Source of the DNA: an uncultured Myxococcales bacterium
Lineage (GTDB): Bacteria; Myxococcota_A; UBA9042; CAIXZC01
DNA length: 28,627 nt
Assembly: GCA_964442235.1 (NCBI GenBank)
Contig: CAYTWV010000001.1
Coordinates: forward strand, 17,327-45,953
Direction: 5' to 3'
Numbering within the stretch: position 1 is the first letter of the stretch; each line of letters opens with the position of its first letter. Shown here piece after piece: positions 8,528 through 17,291 of this stretch. The translations under genes and the position numbers were made by a program. The notes under the pieces were generated by a model. It ran no database searches and had not been told where the DNA came from. It worked only from the letters and a program-made list of their open reading frames with translations.

Positions 8528-8818
8528 ATGGCGACCATTCTTGTGGAAAAAAACCACTCCATCGGTCTGGAGGAGGCCAAGGTTCGGGCGAAGGATCTTC
8601 TCGACAAATTCCACGCCAAACTCTCTCACATGATCAGCGAAGTTTCTTGGAATCCCGAAGGAACCCGGGGAACGGCCAAGGGCAAGATGTTCACGGCCGA
8701 ATTCGCTGTCACTGACAAGACGGTCATGGTCAAGATCGATTTGGGTCTGCTGGCCAGCGCCATGAAGGGAACCATCGAGACCACCGTACGGCAAAGCGTC
8801 GAGAAGAAATTCCCGTAA
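8528..8818 (+). CDS. Polyhydroxyalkanoic acid system protein (PHA_gran_rgn-like), 96 aa
   Basis: Size and pattern (I.VEKNH.IG.EEAK.R..W..G..F.A...V.D..V.V.I.LGLLA..MKG.IE) match the family as I recall it. SD AGGAG. Confidence 0.75.
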   Translation: MATILVEKNHSIGLEEAKVRAKDLLDKFHAKLSHMISEVSWNPEGTRGTAKGKMFTAEFAVTDKTVMVKIDLGLLASAMKGTIETTVRQSVEKKFP

Positions 8819-8849
8819 GGCGCCCGCCGTTTTCAGCTACGTCAATCCC

Positions 8850-10040
8850 TTACTGAATCCACACAAATCCGATTCCAGCACCTTCAGGCATCAAGGTAGG
8901 TGTCAGGAACCACGACGATTTCTGTGCCGTGCCATCGCTCGAATCCGTGATGAACAACACCAACGACGTCACGGCCGCAGCCCCGGCCAGACCCCACAAC
9001 ACGTAAGCTCCCGTGGTATAGGGAGTCACATCACTGCTCATCAACGCGTCCCAATCCTGCTGCAATTCTTTGGCTTGCGACGCAGTCACCGAGGGCAACG
9101 GCAAATTGTGCTCCTCGGCGAACGTGCTACGCCCGGAGTCCAGATTCGAGGCCGCTTTCCAGAACATGCCGCCGCCAGCCAGCCCCAGCGCCACTGCCCC
9201 GCCCGCTGCAACCCACGGCCACACCGAAGCGCCGCTTGATGAATCATTGGGGGTCTCTGCGCCCGCTTGGGCCGGGTTCACGACCTCCACCGAGGTCCGT
9301 CCGCTTTGCACCACCACGGACTTTTTGCTTAGAACCTGCTCGCCGTATTTCACTTCGATGGTATGGGTCCCGGCAGGAAGTGTTCGCTCCACCGAGCCCT
9401 CTCCAACCAGAATGCCATCCACCCAGACCTTGGCGTTGGAGTACGGCACATTCACCACCAGAACTCCGGGAGCCTCGGCCTTCTCAAGAACCAACGGTTC
9501 GGGGTTTTGCCCAGCGGCAATAACCACGGTTCGGGTCGCCTCTTTGAATCCCGGCGCCTTGGCCTTGACGGCCTGTTCACCCGGCTTGAACCACCACTCG
9601 ATGGGGGTTCCGAACGTACGCTCTTTCAGCCCGTGCTGCATCATTAAGCTGGCCCCCGGAGCCCTGACCTCCAGACGTACCTTCACGTACCCTTGTGCGC
9701 CCAACTCCTTCTCTACCTGCCCCAGCCACTCCGCTGCCTTGCCCGCCTGCTCCTTGTCCAGCCAAATGGCTCGGTTCAGGTGCCACCACGCCTCGGGGAA
9801 AAGCTTCAACTTCTGGAAACTGCGGCCGACGTTGCGGTGAATGGCCCAAAGCTGCGGATCGGTCGGCAGCAACATCTCCTTAAGATTAAGCCAGACCTCT
9901 ATTGCTTCTTCCAGTTTGCCTTCCTGAGCCAGTTGCATGGCTCGGTCGGACTCGCCCTGCGACGACTCTTGCGCCTCCACCAGAACGGGCAGACCCAACA
10001 GGGCTACCCAAACCGCCGCCATACGTAGCATGCGATGCAT
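8850..10040 (-). CDS. Secreted TPR + PEGA domain protein with Gly-rich hydrophobic C-terminus (myxobacterial type), 396 aa
   Basis: Signal peptide ending VEA-Q; TPR-like helices (NVGRSFQKLKLFPEAWWHL); PEGA-like motifs (KAPGFK, AKVWVDG..G, LPAGTHTIEVK). Start ATG 10040 with SD AGGAG; the ORF-track extension to 10220 is spurious. Confidence 0.8.
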   Translation of the reverse strand: MHRMLRMAAVWVALLGLPVLVEAQESSQGESDRAMQLAQEGKLEEAIEVWLNLKEMLLPTDPQLWAIHRNVGRSFQKLKLFPEAWWHLNRAIWLDKEQAGKAAEWLGQVEKELGAQGYVKVRLEVRAPGASLMMQHGLKERTFGTPIEWWFKPGEQAVKAKAPGFKEATRTVVIAAGQNPEPLVLEKAEAPGVLVVNVPYSNAKVWVDGILVGEGSVERTLPAGTHTIEVKYGEQVLSKKSVVVQSGRTSVEVVNPAQAGAETPNDSSSGASVWPWVAAGGAVALGLAGGGMFWKAASNLDSGRSTFAEEHNLPLPSVTASQAKELQQDWDALMSSDVTPYTTGAYVLWGLAGAAAVTSLVLFITDSSDGTAQKSSWFLTPTLMPEGAGIGFVWIQ

Positions 10041-10048
10041 GGACTCTC

Positions 10049-12057
10049 CTATTTCTTCGGACTCTGAATCGGAACAAAATCGTCGTCTCCGCCCTGGCCG
10101 TTGTTGGCGGGCCCTCGGATGGGAACGAAGTCCGAATCGTCCCCTTTGGGCGGAATCTCTTTCGGCTTGTCCGGGTTCCCCTTGGTTCCTTGGTTTCCCT
10201 TGGTTCCCTTGGATCTCCATTCTTGCTTCCGTTGCCCTTGTCCTTCGAAAAGTTGCCCGCCGATTTCTCGACCTTCACGGGAGTTTCCTTGGCCGTAATC
10301 TGTGACCCGGCCGGGGGTTCGGCAACCTTGGGCAGCACGACCACGTTCCCACCGTCTTTGGGCAGCGGCGTAACGGGGACCACAACCTCCGAGGGCTTGG
10401 GGTTCACACTGGCCGAATTCAGTCCCGGGACATTGCCTGGGGACTTGACGGCTATCGGGTCGGCGGGTTTTGCACCGTCAGCAGGGGTACCCGCTGCGGG
10501 ATTGCCGTCGGTGGAAGGTTTGACCGATGCCTCAACCGGGACCAGTTTTGAAGGCTCGACCTCTTTCCCGGCAGGGGGTGACACAACCGAAGATTCGGGG
10601 GTCGCAGCCGCAGCCTCGGGCCCGGGCATGTCCGCCTGATTCGGCGATTCGGCCGATTCGGCAGTAGCCGATTCAGCCTTGTCCGCTGCATTCGGTTTGC
10701 CCTCTTGCGGGTTCTCCCAGGGTCTCCAGACCAGCGCTGCCGTGGCCAAAAACATCAGCACCACACCCACAGCACCCAACTTCCACCAGGGGCGACCATA
10801 ATTCGGAGGCGGGGAATCGTCTTGTTCGGCAGAGGCATGGGTGCGAAACGCCGTGGCTTCCAGGGCCTCTTGCTGAATCGAGCGAGGCAACGGTGTTGCG
10901 GTCCGTGGCGTCGCAAAGGCTGCCTGGACCTGGGCCTGCGTCTCGGCTGCAGGCATGGGGGTCAAGGTGTCCAAAATGACGGGGGATGCGGGCCTGGGTG
11001 CCGGTGCGGGCCGAATGCCTACGCCCGACTGCACGCCCGAATGCATGTTCACAGTCGAGGCCCGGGAAACAGAGGGCGCAACCGATCCCTGCTGTGAGGC
11101 ACGCAAGGCGGCGCCAAACTCTTTGGCAGAACCGGGCCGCTCTTCGGGCTCTTTACCCAGGGACCACATCACCACTTCTTCGATGCCTGCGGGAACCTGC
11201 AGCCCCGGACGTCGATTCCTGGGCAGGGGCGGAGGCTGCGTGATGTGTGCCATCAACATCTGAATCGGCGTAATGGCCTCAAATGGAGCACACCCGCACA
11301 ACGCCTCGTACAACACGATGCCCAACGAATAGACATCGGAACGCCCATCCAGCGGAATGCCTTTGGCCTGTTCCGGACTCATGTACTGAGGGGTCCCGCA
11401 GATAGCACCGGTGCTGGTCAACTGCGTCTGCTGCGACGCCACTTTGGCGATGCCAAAATCCAGCACCTTCACATAGTCATGGCCCTGCGGAGTGTCGATA
11501 AGATAGATGTTGTCCGGCTTCAAGTCCCGGTGCCAGATGCCCTGTTCGTGGGCTTCGGCCAACGACTCACACACCTGGGCGCCCAACTCGATCACCCGCT
11601 CGGGAGACATGGGCCCGTCTTGTTCAATGACCTCTCGCAGCGACCGACCGGACAGCAACTCCATGGTAAAATAGAGCGTCCCTTCAGAGGTGCTGCCAAA
11701 CTCAAAAATCGTCACCGTATGCGGGTTCTTCAGACCGGAAGCAGCCTTGGCTTCCTGCAAAAACCGACGCACCGCCATGGTGTCCATGGCCATCTCCGGC
11801 CGCAGTACCTTCAGGGCGACGTCTCGGTCCAGGAACCGCTGTTTGGCCCTGTAAACCACACCCATTCCGCCCTTGCCAAGGCGCTGAATGACCGTGTATC
11901 GGCCATCGATGACTTTGCCCACCAGATCGTCGGGATCGCCCGCCATCAGCGGGCCCAGGCAGTTAGGACACTGATTCTCTGCTGAAACCACCTGGATTTC
12001 GCACATGGGGCAGAAGCGCCGCGCCGGAGTGTTCATCGTGGGCTGTTGTTCACTCAT
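10049..12057 (-). CDS. Membrane-anchored Hanks-type Ser/Thr protein kinase with N-terminal Zn ribbon; apparent 1-nt frameshift near 10212, corrected length about 669 aa
   Basis: CPMC..CPNC, LGKGGMGVVY, VALKVL, HRDLKPDN, DFGIAK, GTPQYMSPEQ, TM helix WWKLGAVGVVLMFLATAALVW, Pro/Ala-rich tail. The frame as given reads through 155 nt of the next gene. The -1 frame ends cleanly at TAG 10051-10049, on the next gene's SD. Confidence 0.9.
10176..10212 (-). repeat. Four imperfect tandem 8-10 bp units (CCAAGG(G)AA)
   Basis: The minus strand reads CCAAGGGAA CCAAGGGAAA CCAAGGAA CCAAGGGGAA, immediately after the frameshift point. Confidence 0.8.
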
Positions 12058-12083
12058 TTAATACCCAAAATTACAGCCGGGCC

Positions 12084-12112
12084 AGTCTAGCCTCATTTCT
12101 TGGCAGGCGCAA
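12084..12112 (-). promoter_or_regulatory. Probable sigma70 promoter of the kinase / TPR-PEGA operon
   Basis: TTGCGC-N17-TAGACT on the minus strand, upstream of ATG 12057. Confidence 0.5.
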
Positions 12113-12138
12113 CGGAATGTGCAGAACCTACAGGCGGT

Positions 12139-12167
12139 TTGACCCGGTGCCGTCGCAGCGATACAAT
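12139..12167 (+). promoter_or_regulatory. Probable sigma70 promoter of the Cys-rich lipoprotein gene
   Basis: TTGACC-N17-TACAAT. Confidence 0.65.
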
Positions 12168-12235
12168 CAGCCGCCAGCTTGTGATGACCGACAAAACCCG
12201 GAGCGTTAACCCCGGGATCGATGTGGGGGAATGGG

Positions 12236-13987
12236 ATGTCCAATCGCCTTTTGAGTGTGGTCCTTCTGGGTCTGATACTGCCCCTCTGCTCGTGCCTGGA
12301 TACCAAGCTGGACATCACCGCCCAGGACACGGCGGTGACCCCCGATGACGTGGCGCAGGACCAGACTCCGCCTGCCGACGCGGATACCTCAGATTTCCAG
12401 GATCTACAGGTCACCGAAATTCCGGACGATACCGTTATGGATAGCGCGTGCACGGGAGGGGCGTGCGATGTGGCGGATGCGGTATCCCCCTGCTCTCCTC
12501 AAAACTGCAAAACCAGCGACCCTTGCCTGGTAGCCGAATGCGACTCGCAATCCGGAGAGTGCGACCTTAACCCCACCAACGAGGGCGGTCCGTGTGAAGA
12601 TGGCAACGGCTGCACCTTGCAGGACTTCTGTCAGTCGGGGCAATGCCAGCCCGGTCTGATGGGCAAAGCGTGCGACGACAACAATGCCTGCACCGACAAC
12701 ACCTGCAATCCGGTGTCGGGCAAGTGTGAGTACCCCAACAACACCGATTTTTGCGACGATGGAAACCCCTGCACGGTCCTGGACAAGTGTGCGGGCGGGC
12801 AATGCAAATCCACCACGGCCAACGAGTGCGACGACTTCAACTTCTGCACCAACGATACCTGCACGCAGGCTCTGGGATGTCAACACGAACCGCTTACCGG
12901 CGCCTTTTGTGACGACGGCAACACCTGTACCCTGGGTGAAACATGCATGGCCGGATTCTGTGGCGGCGGATCCCTGAATCTGATGGCCCCTGGCTGTGTT
13001 CCCGTATGCATGAACGGCAAGTGTGAACCCGGCGAGGTCACCGAGGGCTCGGGATACACCTGCGCCCACGATTGCGGCTACTGCGGCGACGACATTTGCA
13101 GCGCCACCGAGCAGACCAACGGCTCTTGTGTGAAGGACTGCGACGTCGTCTGTGGCGACCATGTCTGTGACGGCGGCGAAGGGGTTACCATCTGTCTGGT
13201 CGATTGCAACGGGTGTGGAGATCATTTCTGCGGCACCGGAGAGATCGCCGGTGCCGATGACCCATGTCCCGGCGATTGCCCCGCTTCATGCGGCAACGGC
13301 ATTTGTGAAGTCACCGAATCCGCAAACAACTGCGAATATGACTGCAAACCCAGTTGTGGCGACAACAAATGCGAGATGGCGGAAGCCGCATCCACCTGCC
13401 CCCAGGATTGTGGCGTTTGTGGTGACGGCCTGTGCGCCTTGCCGGACGAGGGAGCGACGTGTCCCCTGGATTGTGTGCGACCCTGCGGGGACGGCAAGTG
13501 TGAGGGCGGCGAATCGCCGGAAACCTGCGCCGTGGATTGTGGGCCCTGCGGCGACTTCGTCTGCGGCAAACTGGAAACCGCAGATACCTGCCCGGCTGAC
13601 TGCAGCCTGAGTTGCGGTGATGGCCTGTGTACCATGCCCGAGAACGAAACCAACTGTTTTGCCGATTGCGGATGCAAACCGGATTGCCTGGGTAAGAAGT
13701 GCGGTCCCGATGGCTGCGGCGGTCAGTGCGGCGTCTGCCCACCCGCCGTTTCCTGCAATGGTGTGGGCCAATGTGCGTGCATCCCCAATTGTGCCGGAAA
13801 GACCTGCGGAGAGGACGGCTGCGGCGCCGTATGCGGCGTTTGTCCCGGCGGCTATCAGTGCAAGGGCGGGGGGGCCTCCTGCTGCTCCGTGGGCTGCACC
13901 GACGCCCCCTGCTCCGAATTCTGCGTGGGAATCTGCGGAAAATGCGCAGGTTCCGCTGTTTGCCAAGCCAATGGCACCTGTCTCTAA
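12236..13987 (+). CDS. Cysteine-rich repeat lipoprotein, 583 aa, no recognisable catalytic domain
   Basis: Signal peptide with lipobox LCSC, Asp-rich linker, then three distinct Cys repeat modules. About 94 Cys by hand count. Confidence 0.88.
   Translation: MSNRLLSVVLLGLILPLCSCLDTKLDITAQDTAVTPDDVAQDQTPPADADTSDFQDLQVTEIPDDTVMDSACTGGACDVADAVSPCSPQNCKTSDPCLVAECDSQSGECDLNPTNEGGPCEDGNGCTLQDFCQSGQCQPGLMGKACDDNNACTDNTCNPVSGKCEYPNNTDFCDDGNPCTVLDKCAGGQCKSTTANECDDFNFCTNDTCTQALGCQHEPLTGAFCDDGNTCTLGETCMAGFCGGGSLNLMAPGCVPVCMNGKCEPGEVTEGSGYTCAHDCGYCGDDICSATEQTNGSCVKDCDVVCGDHVCDGGEGVTICLVDCNGCGDHFCGTGEIAGADDPCPGDCPASCGNGICEVTESANNCEYDCKPSCGDNKCEMAEAASTCPQDCGVCGDGLCALPDEGATCPLDCVRPCGDGKCEGGESPETCAVDCGPCGDFVCGKLETADTCPADCSLSCGDGLCTMPENETNCFADCGCKPDCLGKKCGPDGCGGQCGVCPPAVSCNGVGQCACIPNCAGKTCGEDGCGAVCGVCPGGYQCKGGGASCCSVGCTDAPCSEFCVGICGKCAGSAVCQANGTCL
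13007..13669 (+). repeat. Ten tandem protein repeats C-G-[DN]-x-x-C-x(7-12)-C-x-x-D-C
   Basis: Examples: CGDNKCEMAEAASTCPQDC, CGDGKCEGGESPETCAVDC. Flanked by about six CDDGNxCTxDxC-type repeats (12506-12961) and CxPxCxGKxCGxDGCGxxCGxC repeats (13673-13981). Confidence 0.85.
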
Positions 13988-14216
13988 TCCCCTCCTGACT
14001 CGTAACGCGGCCCTCTCCCACATCCCCAAAGATCGGCGTCAGGCTCCCACTTCCGGGCCTTCACACAACGCCTCCCCCTCGCCTTACCTGCATTGTTGCC
14101 CCCGCACAAAGAGCACCTGATGAAAGAAAAGTGCGCCACCCGCCGAAAAAAAGAGGCCAAAACGCACAGCAAATGCCGCTGCCAGGCCGATTCGGTGCCG
14201 AAATACGAACATCCGA

Positions 14217-14261
14217 AACCCCCTTGACAAACTGTTGACAGAGGGGGGTTGCCCGGATAAT
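14217..14261 (+). promoter_or_regulatory. Putative aglRQS promoter region: two TTGACA hexamers inside an inverted repeat, plus GATAAT
   Basis: TTGACA at 14224 and 14235, GATAAT at 14256 (spacer only 15 nt). IR arms AACCCCCT / AGGGGGGTT. Confidence 0.4.
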
Positions 14262-14338
14262 GTTCGTCTCCTGAGTTGCGCGTCGGAGGTGCCGGCGCAA
14301 GGTTTGAAAACTTCATTAGGGTTTGAGGGAGCGAGAAC

Positions 14339-14986
14339 ATGGAATTCGTCGCCGAAGCGTTTGAAGAAGGTGGGTGGATGATGTGGCCGATTCTCTTCAC
14401 ATCCATTCTGGTGTGGGGAATTGCCGTAGAGCGGCTCGTCTATTTGTTCTTCAAGGCCAGCGTTCCGACCGCAAGTTTCCTGCGTAAGTTGGAAGTGGTC
14501 CTCATGAAGGGCGATCTGAATGCCGCCATCAACGAAGCCGTGGCCAGCGATAGCGCTCTTGGCCGCATTGTGCACGCCGGTCTGCTGCGGGTCTCCCGCG
14601 GTGGTGGCGAAGTCCAGGCCGCCATCGACGAAGCCGCTCTGCGTGAGCTGCCCAAGGTCGAGCGCCGGACCCCCTATCTCGCCATGTTCGGCAACGTGGC
14701 CATGTTGCTGGGTCTGCTCGGTACCATTATCGGCATGATCATCTCCTTCGGCGCTGTGGCCAACGCAGAGCCGGGTGAGAAGGCCGCCATGCTCTCCCGT
14801 GGTATTTCGGAAGCCATGAACTGCACCGCCTTCGGTCTGATCACGGCCATCCCCGCCCTTCTTTGGTTCGCCGTCCTTCAGGGCCGTACCCAGAAGCTCG
14901 TCGACGACATCAACGAAGGTTCCGTTCGCGTCCTGAACCTCGTCCTGGCCAACCAGGAAGTACTGACCAAAGGCAAGAAAGACTAA
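14339..14986 (+). CDS. aglR: MotA/TolQ/ExbB proton channel subunit, AglR-like
   Basis: EVQAAIDEAALRE.P..E.RT.YLAM.GN.AML.GLLGT..GISEAMNCT.FGL.TAIPAL..L.GRTQ....DINE.SV.VLNL closely follows my recollection of M. xanthus AglR. It is first in a TolQ-TolR-TolR triplet. Confidence 0.85.
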   Translation: MEFVAEAFEEGGWMMWPILFTSILVWGIAVERLVYLFFKASVPTASFLRKLEVVLMKGDLNAAINEAVASDSALGRIVHAGLLRVSRGGGEVQAAIDEAALRELPKVERRTPYLAMFGNVAMLLGLLGTIIGMIISFGAVANAEPGEKAAMLSRGISEAMNCTAFGLITAIPALLWFAVLQGRTQKLVDDINEGSVRVLNLVLANQEVLTKGKKD

Positions 14987-15033
14987 TCCCCTCGGGTAAG
15001 TCCTTTCCAACCTTAGGCTGAAGGGAGGTAGTC

Positions 15034-15522
15034 ATGGCTGGCGGTGGTGCTCCAACACCGGCGAAAGGAGGCAAGCGCTCGATTGACTTCGTGGTCAATC
15101 TGGTGCCGATGATCGACCTCCTCTCGGTGCTCGTTTCGTTCCTTCTGATTACGGCGGTGTGGACCCAGTTGGCCCGCATCAACGTTGGCTCCGTCATGCC
15201 GAAAGGCTCCACGAAGCCGCAGGAGCAGCAGCAAAAGCAGAAGCCCCTCAAAATCCTCGTGGATGAAAATGGGGTCTTCATCAAGTTCCATGGCGATGCA
15301 CGCGCCGAGTTCATCCAGCTTGGCGAGGGAATGCTTACTCGCGTCGCAGACCACCTCAAAAGCGTTGGAATCAAAGACCCCAAGGCCGCCTCGGAGCAGA
15401 AAGTCGTGCTCGCCGTCGCGGACCCCGTCTTCTACTCCATGCTCATTGATGTGATGGACGTTTGCCTCGAACTTGGGCTCACTTCCATCTCCGTGGTCGA
15501 CAAAAAGGCGTTCGAGGGCTAG
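15034..15522 (+). CDS. aglQ: ExbD/TolR family, AglQ-like
   Basis: NLVPMIDLLSVLVSFLLITAVWTQ with the channel Asp at residue 28; C-terminal ExbD periplasmic domain. Confidence 0.8.
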   Translation: MAGGGAPTPAKGGKRSIDFVVNLVPMIDLLSVLVSFLLITAVWTQLARINVGSVMPKGSTKPQEQQQKQKPLKILVDENGVFIKFHGDARAEFIQLGEGMLTRVADHLKSVGIKDPKAASEQKVVLAVADPVFYSMLIDVMDVCLELGLTSISVVDKKAFEG

Positions 15523-15531
15523 GAGGGCCAG

Positions 15532-16107
15532 ATGGCAAACGTAGGTCGAGATCTTGGCGGAAACCTGATCAAAAAGCCGCAACCAGGGCTGCGCCGCTCC
15601 ATCAAGCTGAAGTTCGCCAAAGCCGGTGGGCATGGCAAAGCCAGTGTTATCGCCGATCTCAACGTGACGCCCATGGTGGATATGCTCACGATGCTCGTGA
15701 TCTTCCTCCTCATCAGCTTCACGTCGTCGGGCGAAATCCTCTTCATCACCAAGGACATCGTCCTGCCCAAGGCGTTCAACGCCGTGAGCCTGGAGCGCGC
15801 CCCCGTGGTCGCTATCTCGGCTACCGCTATCGCCATGGAAGGCGCTGCCTTGATGCCCACTGACGAGGCCAACGACCGTACGTATAAAGACGGCAAGCTT
15901 AAGCCCATCGTGAATAAGCTCAAGGGCATGGCTCGAGATTTCAAGGAACTGTATCCCGATAAACCCTTTGATGGTCAAGTGATTATTCAGGCCGATAGTA
16001 ATGTTCCGTTCGGTGTTATCAGCCTGGTGATGATTTCCTGCGCAGAAGCCGGCTACATCAATATCAACTACGCGGTGCAGAAGTCTGGCGCCGTCGGTGG
16101 CAAGTAG
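15532..16107 (+). CDS. aglS: ExbD/TolR family, AglS-like
   Basis: HGKASVIADLNVTPMVDML..F..SGEIL..TKDIVLPKA; C-terminal IIQADSNVPFGVI..VMISCAEAGY. Confidence 0.8.
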   Translation: MANVGRDLGGNLIKKPQPGLRRSIKLKFAKAGGHGKASVIADLNVTPMVDMLTMLVIFLLISFTSSGEILFITKDIVLPKAFNAVSLERAPVVAISATAIAMEGAALMPTDEANDRTYKDGKLKPIVNKLKGMARDFKELYPDKPFDGQVIIQADSNVPFGVISLVMISCAEAGYININYAVQKSGAVGGK

Positions 16108-16174
16108 TTCGCCTTCGCCTTCCCCTTCCCCAATTCCCCAAGATGTTTTAGCTTTGTATCCTTGGAGGTGACCC

Positions 16175-17215
16175 ATGCTCTCCTGGCTTAAACCCAAGCT
16201 GACCATCCCCCTGCTGGTGCTGGTCGCCGCATCGCTCCTGTTTTTCATGATCAAGTACATGCATCGCTCGGGTGAGGTCTCCAGAGCCCTGTACGAGCCC
16301 GACATCACCATGGTGCGCATCGGCGGAGTCCCCCTGATCAAAGGCCTGGAAACCCCCGTGGATGTCATGAAAGGCCTGCCCGTGGAGATCTCCTGCGATT
16401 ACGTCCCCCCCGTCCAGGGCAAAGGAACCGCCCTCTTCAGGCTCTCCGGTGTGCTGGATACTCCCATCGAAGCCACCTCCTGCAAGATCCCCTTCACACT
16501 CAACTCCGAGGTGGGCACCCTTCAGGACATTCGCTTCGAGTACCTGATTGTGGCCCCCGACGGCCGAATCCTGCCCGGTGACTTCCGAGAACTGCAGGTG
16601 CGGGTCATTCCCGAACGCGAGTTCTTCCGCATTCGCGCCCTGGAAACCGCCGATGGCCAAACCCTCCCCGGTCTCACGGTTCCCCACGAAGTCATTCCCT
16701 ATGCCGAAGCGGCCCTGCGTTTTAATGCCGACCCCAAGGACTTCTCCGTCCTCTTTTTTGTCAGCAGTCTGGGCCAGGATCGCTACTCGCTGCAATTCAG
16801 AACCGTGCCGGACAAGAAGGCCGAATTTGAACTGATCTCCGCTCCCCTCAAACAGCATCGCTCCTGGGGCGGCGATATCGATGGCCTGGCGGCCTGGCCC
16901 GGCGGCCACGAGCCCGGAAGCCCACTTCCCACCCTTCCCATCAAGATCGGCCACAAAGATACCAGCCGGGAAGCCTTTGAAATCGTCGCCGCAATCGTCC
17001 GCACCTCCGCCATTGATGCGGTGCAGCAAGAGACGATTTCTTATGATGTACAGGGGGAGGAGCAGGTGATCTTCCGACCCATTCCCGTAAAGCTGGAGCT
17101 TATCAAGGAACTGGCCTACAAGGGCCTGGTCAGCGAGTCGCTACGTGTGGTGCGGACCCGCGCAACGACCCCCATCCCCAATGTCCAGCCCGCCTCGGAC
17201 GTCACACCTGAATAA
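16175..17215 (+). CDS. Hypothetical protein with N-terminal membrane anchor, 346 aa
   Basis: SD GGAGG, basic N-terminus plus hydrophobic helix (LTIPLLVLVAASLLFFMI), beta-rich remainder, host-like codon usage. No family recognised. Confidence 0.8.
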   Translation: MLSWLKPKLTIPLLVLVAASLLFFMIKYMHRSGEVSRALYEPDITMVRIGGVPLIKGLETPVDVMKGLPVEISCDYVPPVQGKGTALFRLSGVLDTPIEATSCKIPFTLNSEVGTLQDIRFEYLIVAPDGRILPGDFRELQVRVIPEREFFRIRALETADGQTLPGLTVPHEVIPYAEAALRFNADPKDFSVLFFVSSLGQDRYSLQFRTVPDKKAEFELISAPLKQHRSWGGDIDGLAAWPGGHEPGSPLPTLPIKIGHKDTSREAFEIVAAIVRTSAIDAVQQETISYDVQGEEQVIFRPIPVKLELIKELAYKGLVSESLRVVRTRATTPIPNVQPASDVTPE

Positions 17216-17291
17216 CGCAGATCCCTTGCTCCCCTGGCCTGCCTTTGGTACCCTGCAGCCCCGGAACTTAACACCCCAATGGGAGGACCCC

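Noticed and set aside
9886-10048. ORF-track C-terminus of the 723-aa kinase and N-terminal extension of the 456-aa TPR-PEGA ORF
   Set aside because: Both are artefacts of the frameshift and of upstream start choice; they overlap each other and have atypical composition.
10193-10199. GGGAAAC slippery heptamer in the kinase repeat, suggesting programmed -1 frameshifting
   Set aside because: Its X_XXY_YYZ phase is in the destination frame, not the incoming kinase frame, so it cannot produce the needed shift.
12506-13981. Repeats as a CRISPR array or mobile-element repeats
   Set aside because: They are in-frame protein repeats, degenerate at the DNA level, with no identical repeat-spacer structure and no cas genes.
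14339-16107. Annotation as a Tol-Pal or TonB-ExbBD system
   Set aside because: Two TolR-like genes, Agl-type signatures and no tolA/tolB/pal/tonB neighbours.
16108-16140. Pyrimidine-rich GCCTTC/CCCCTT run after aglS as a terminator
   Set aside because: No stem-loop followed by a U tract.
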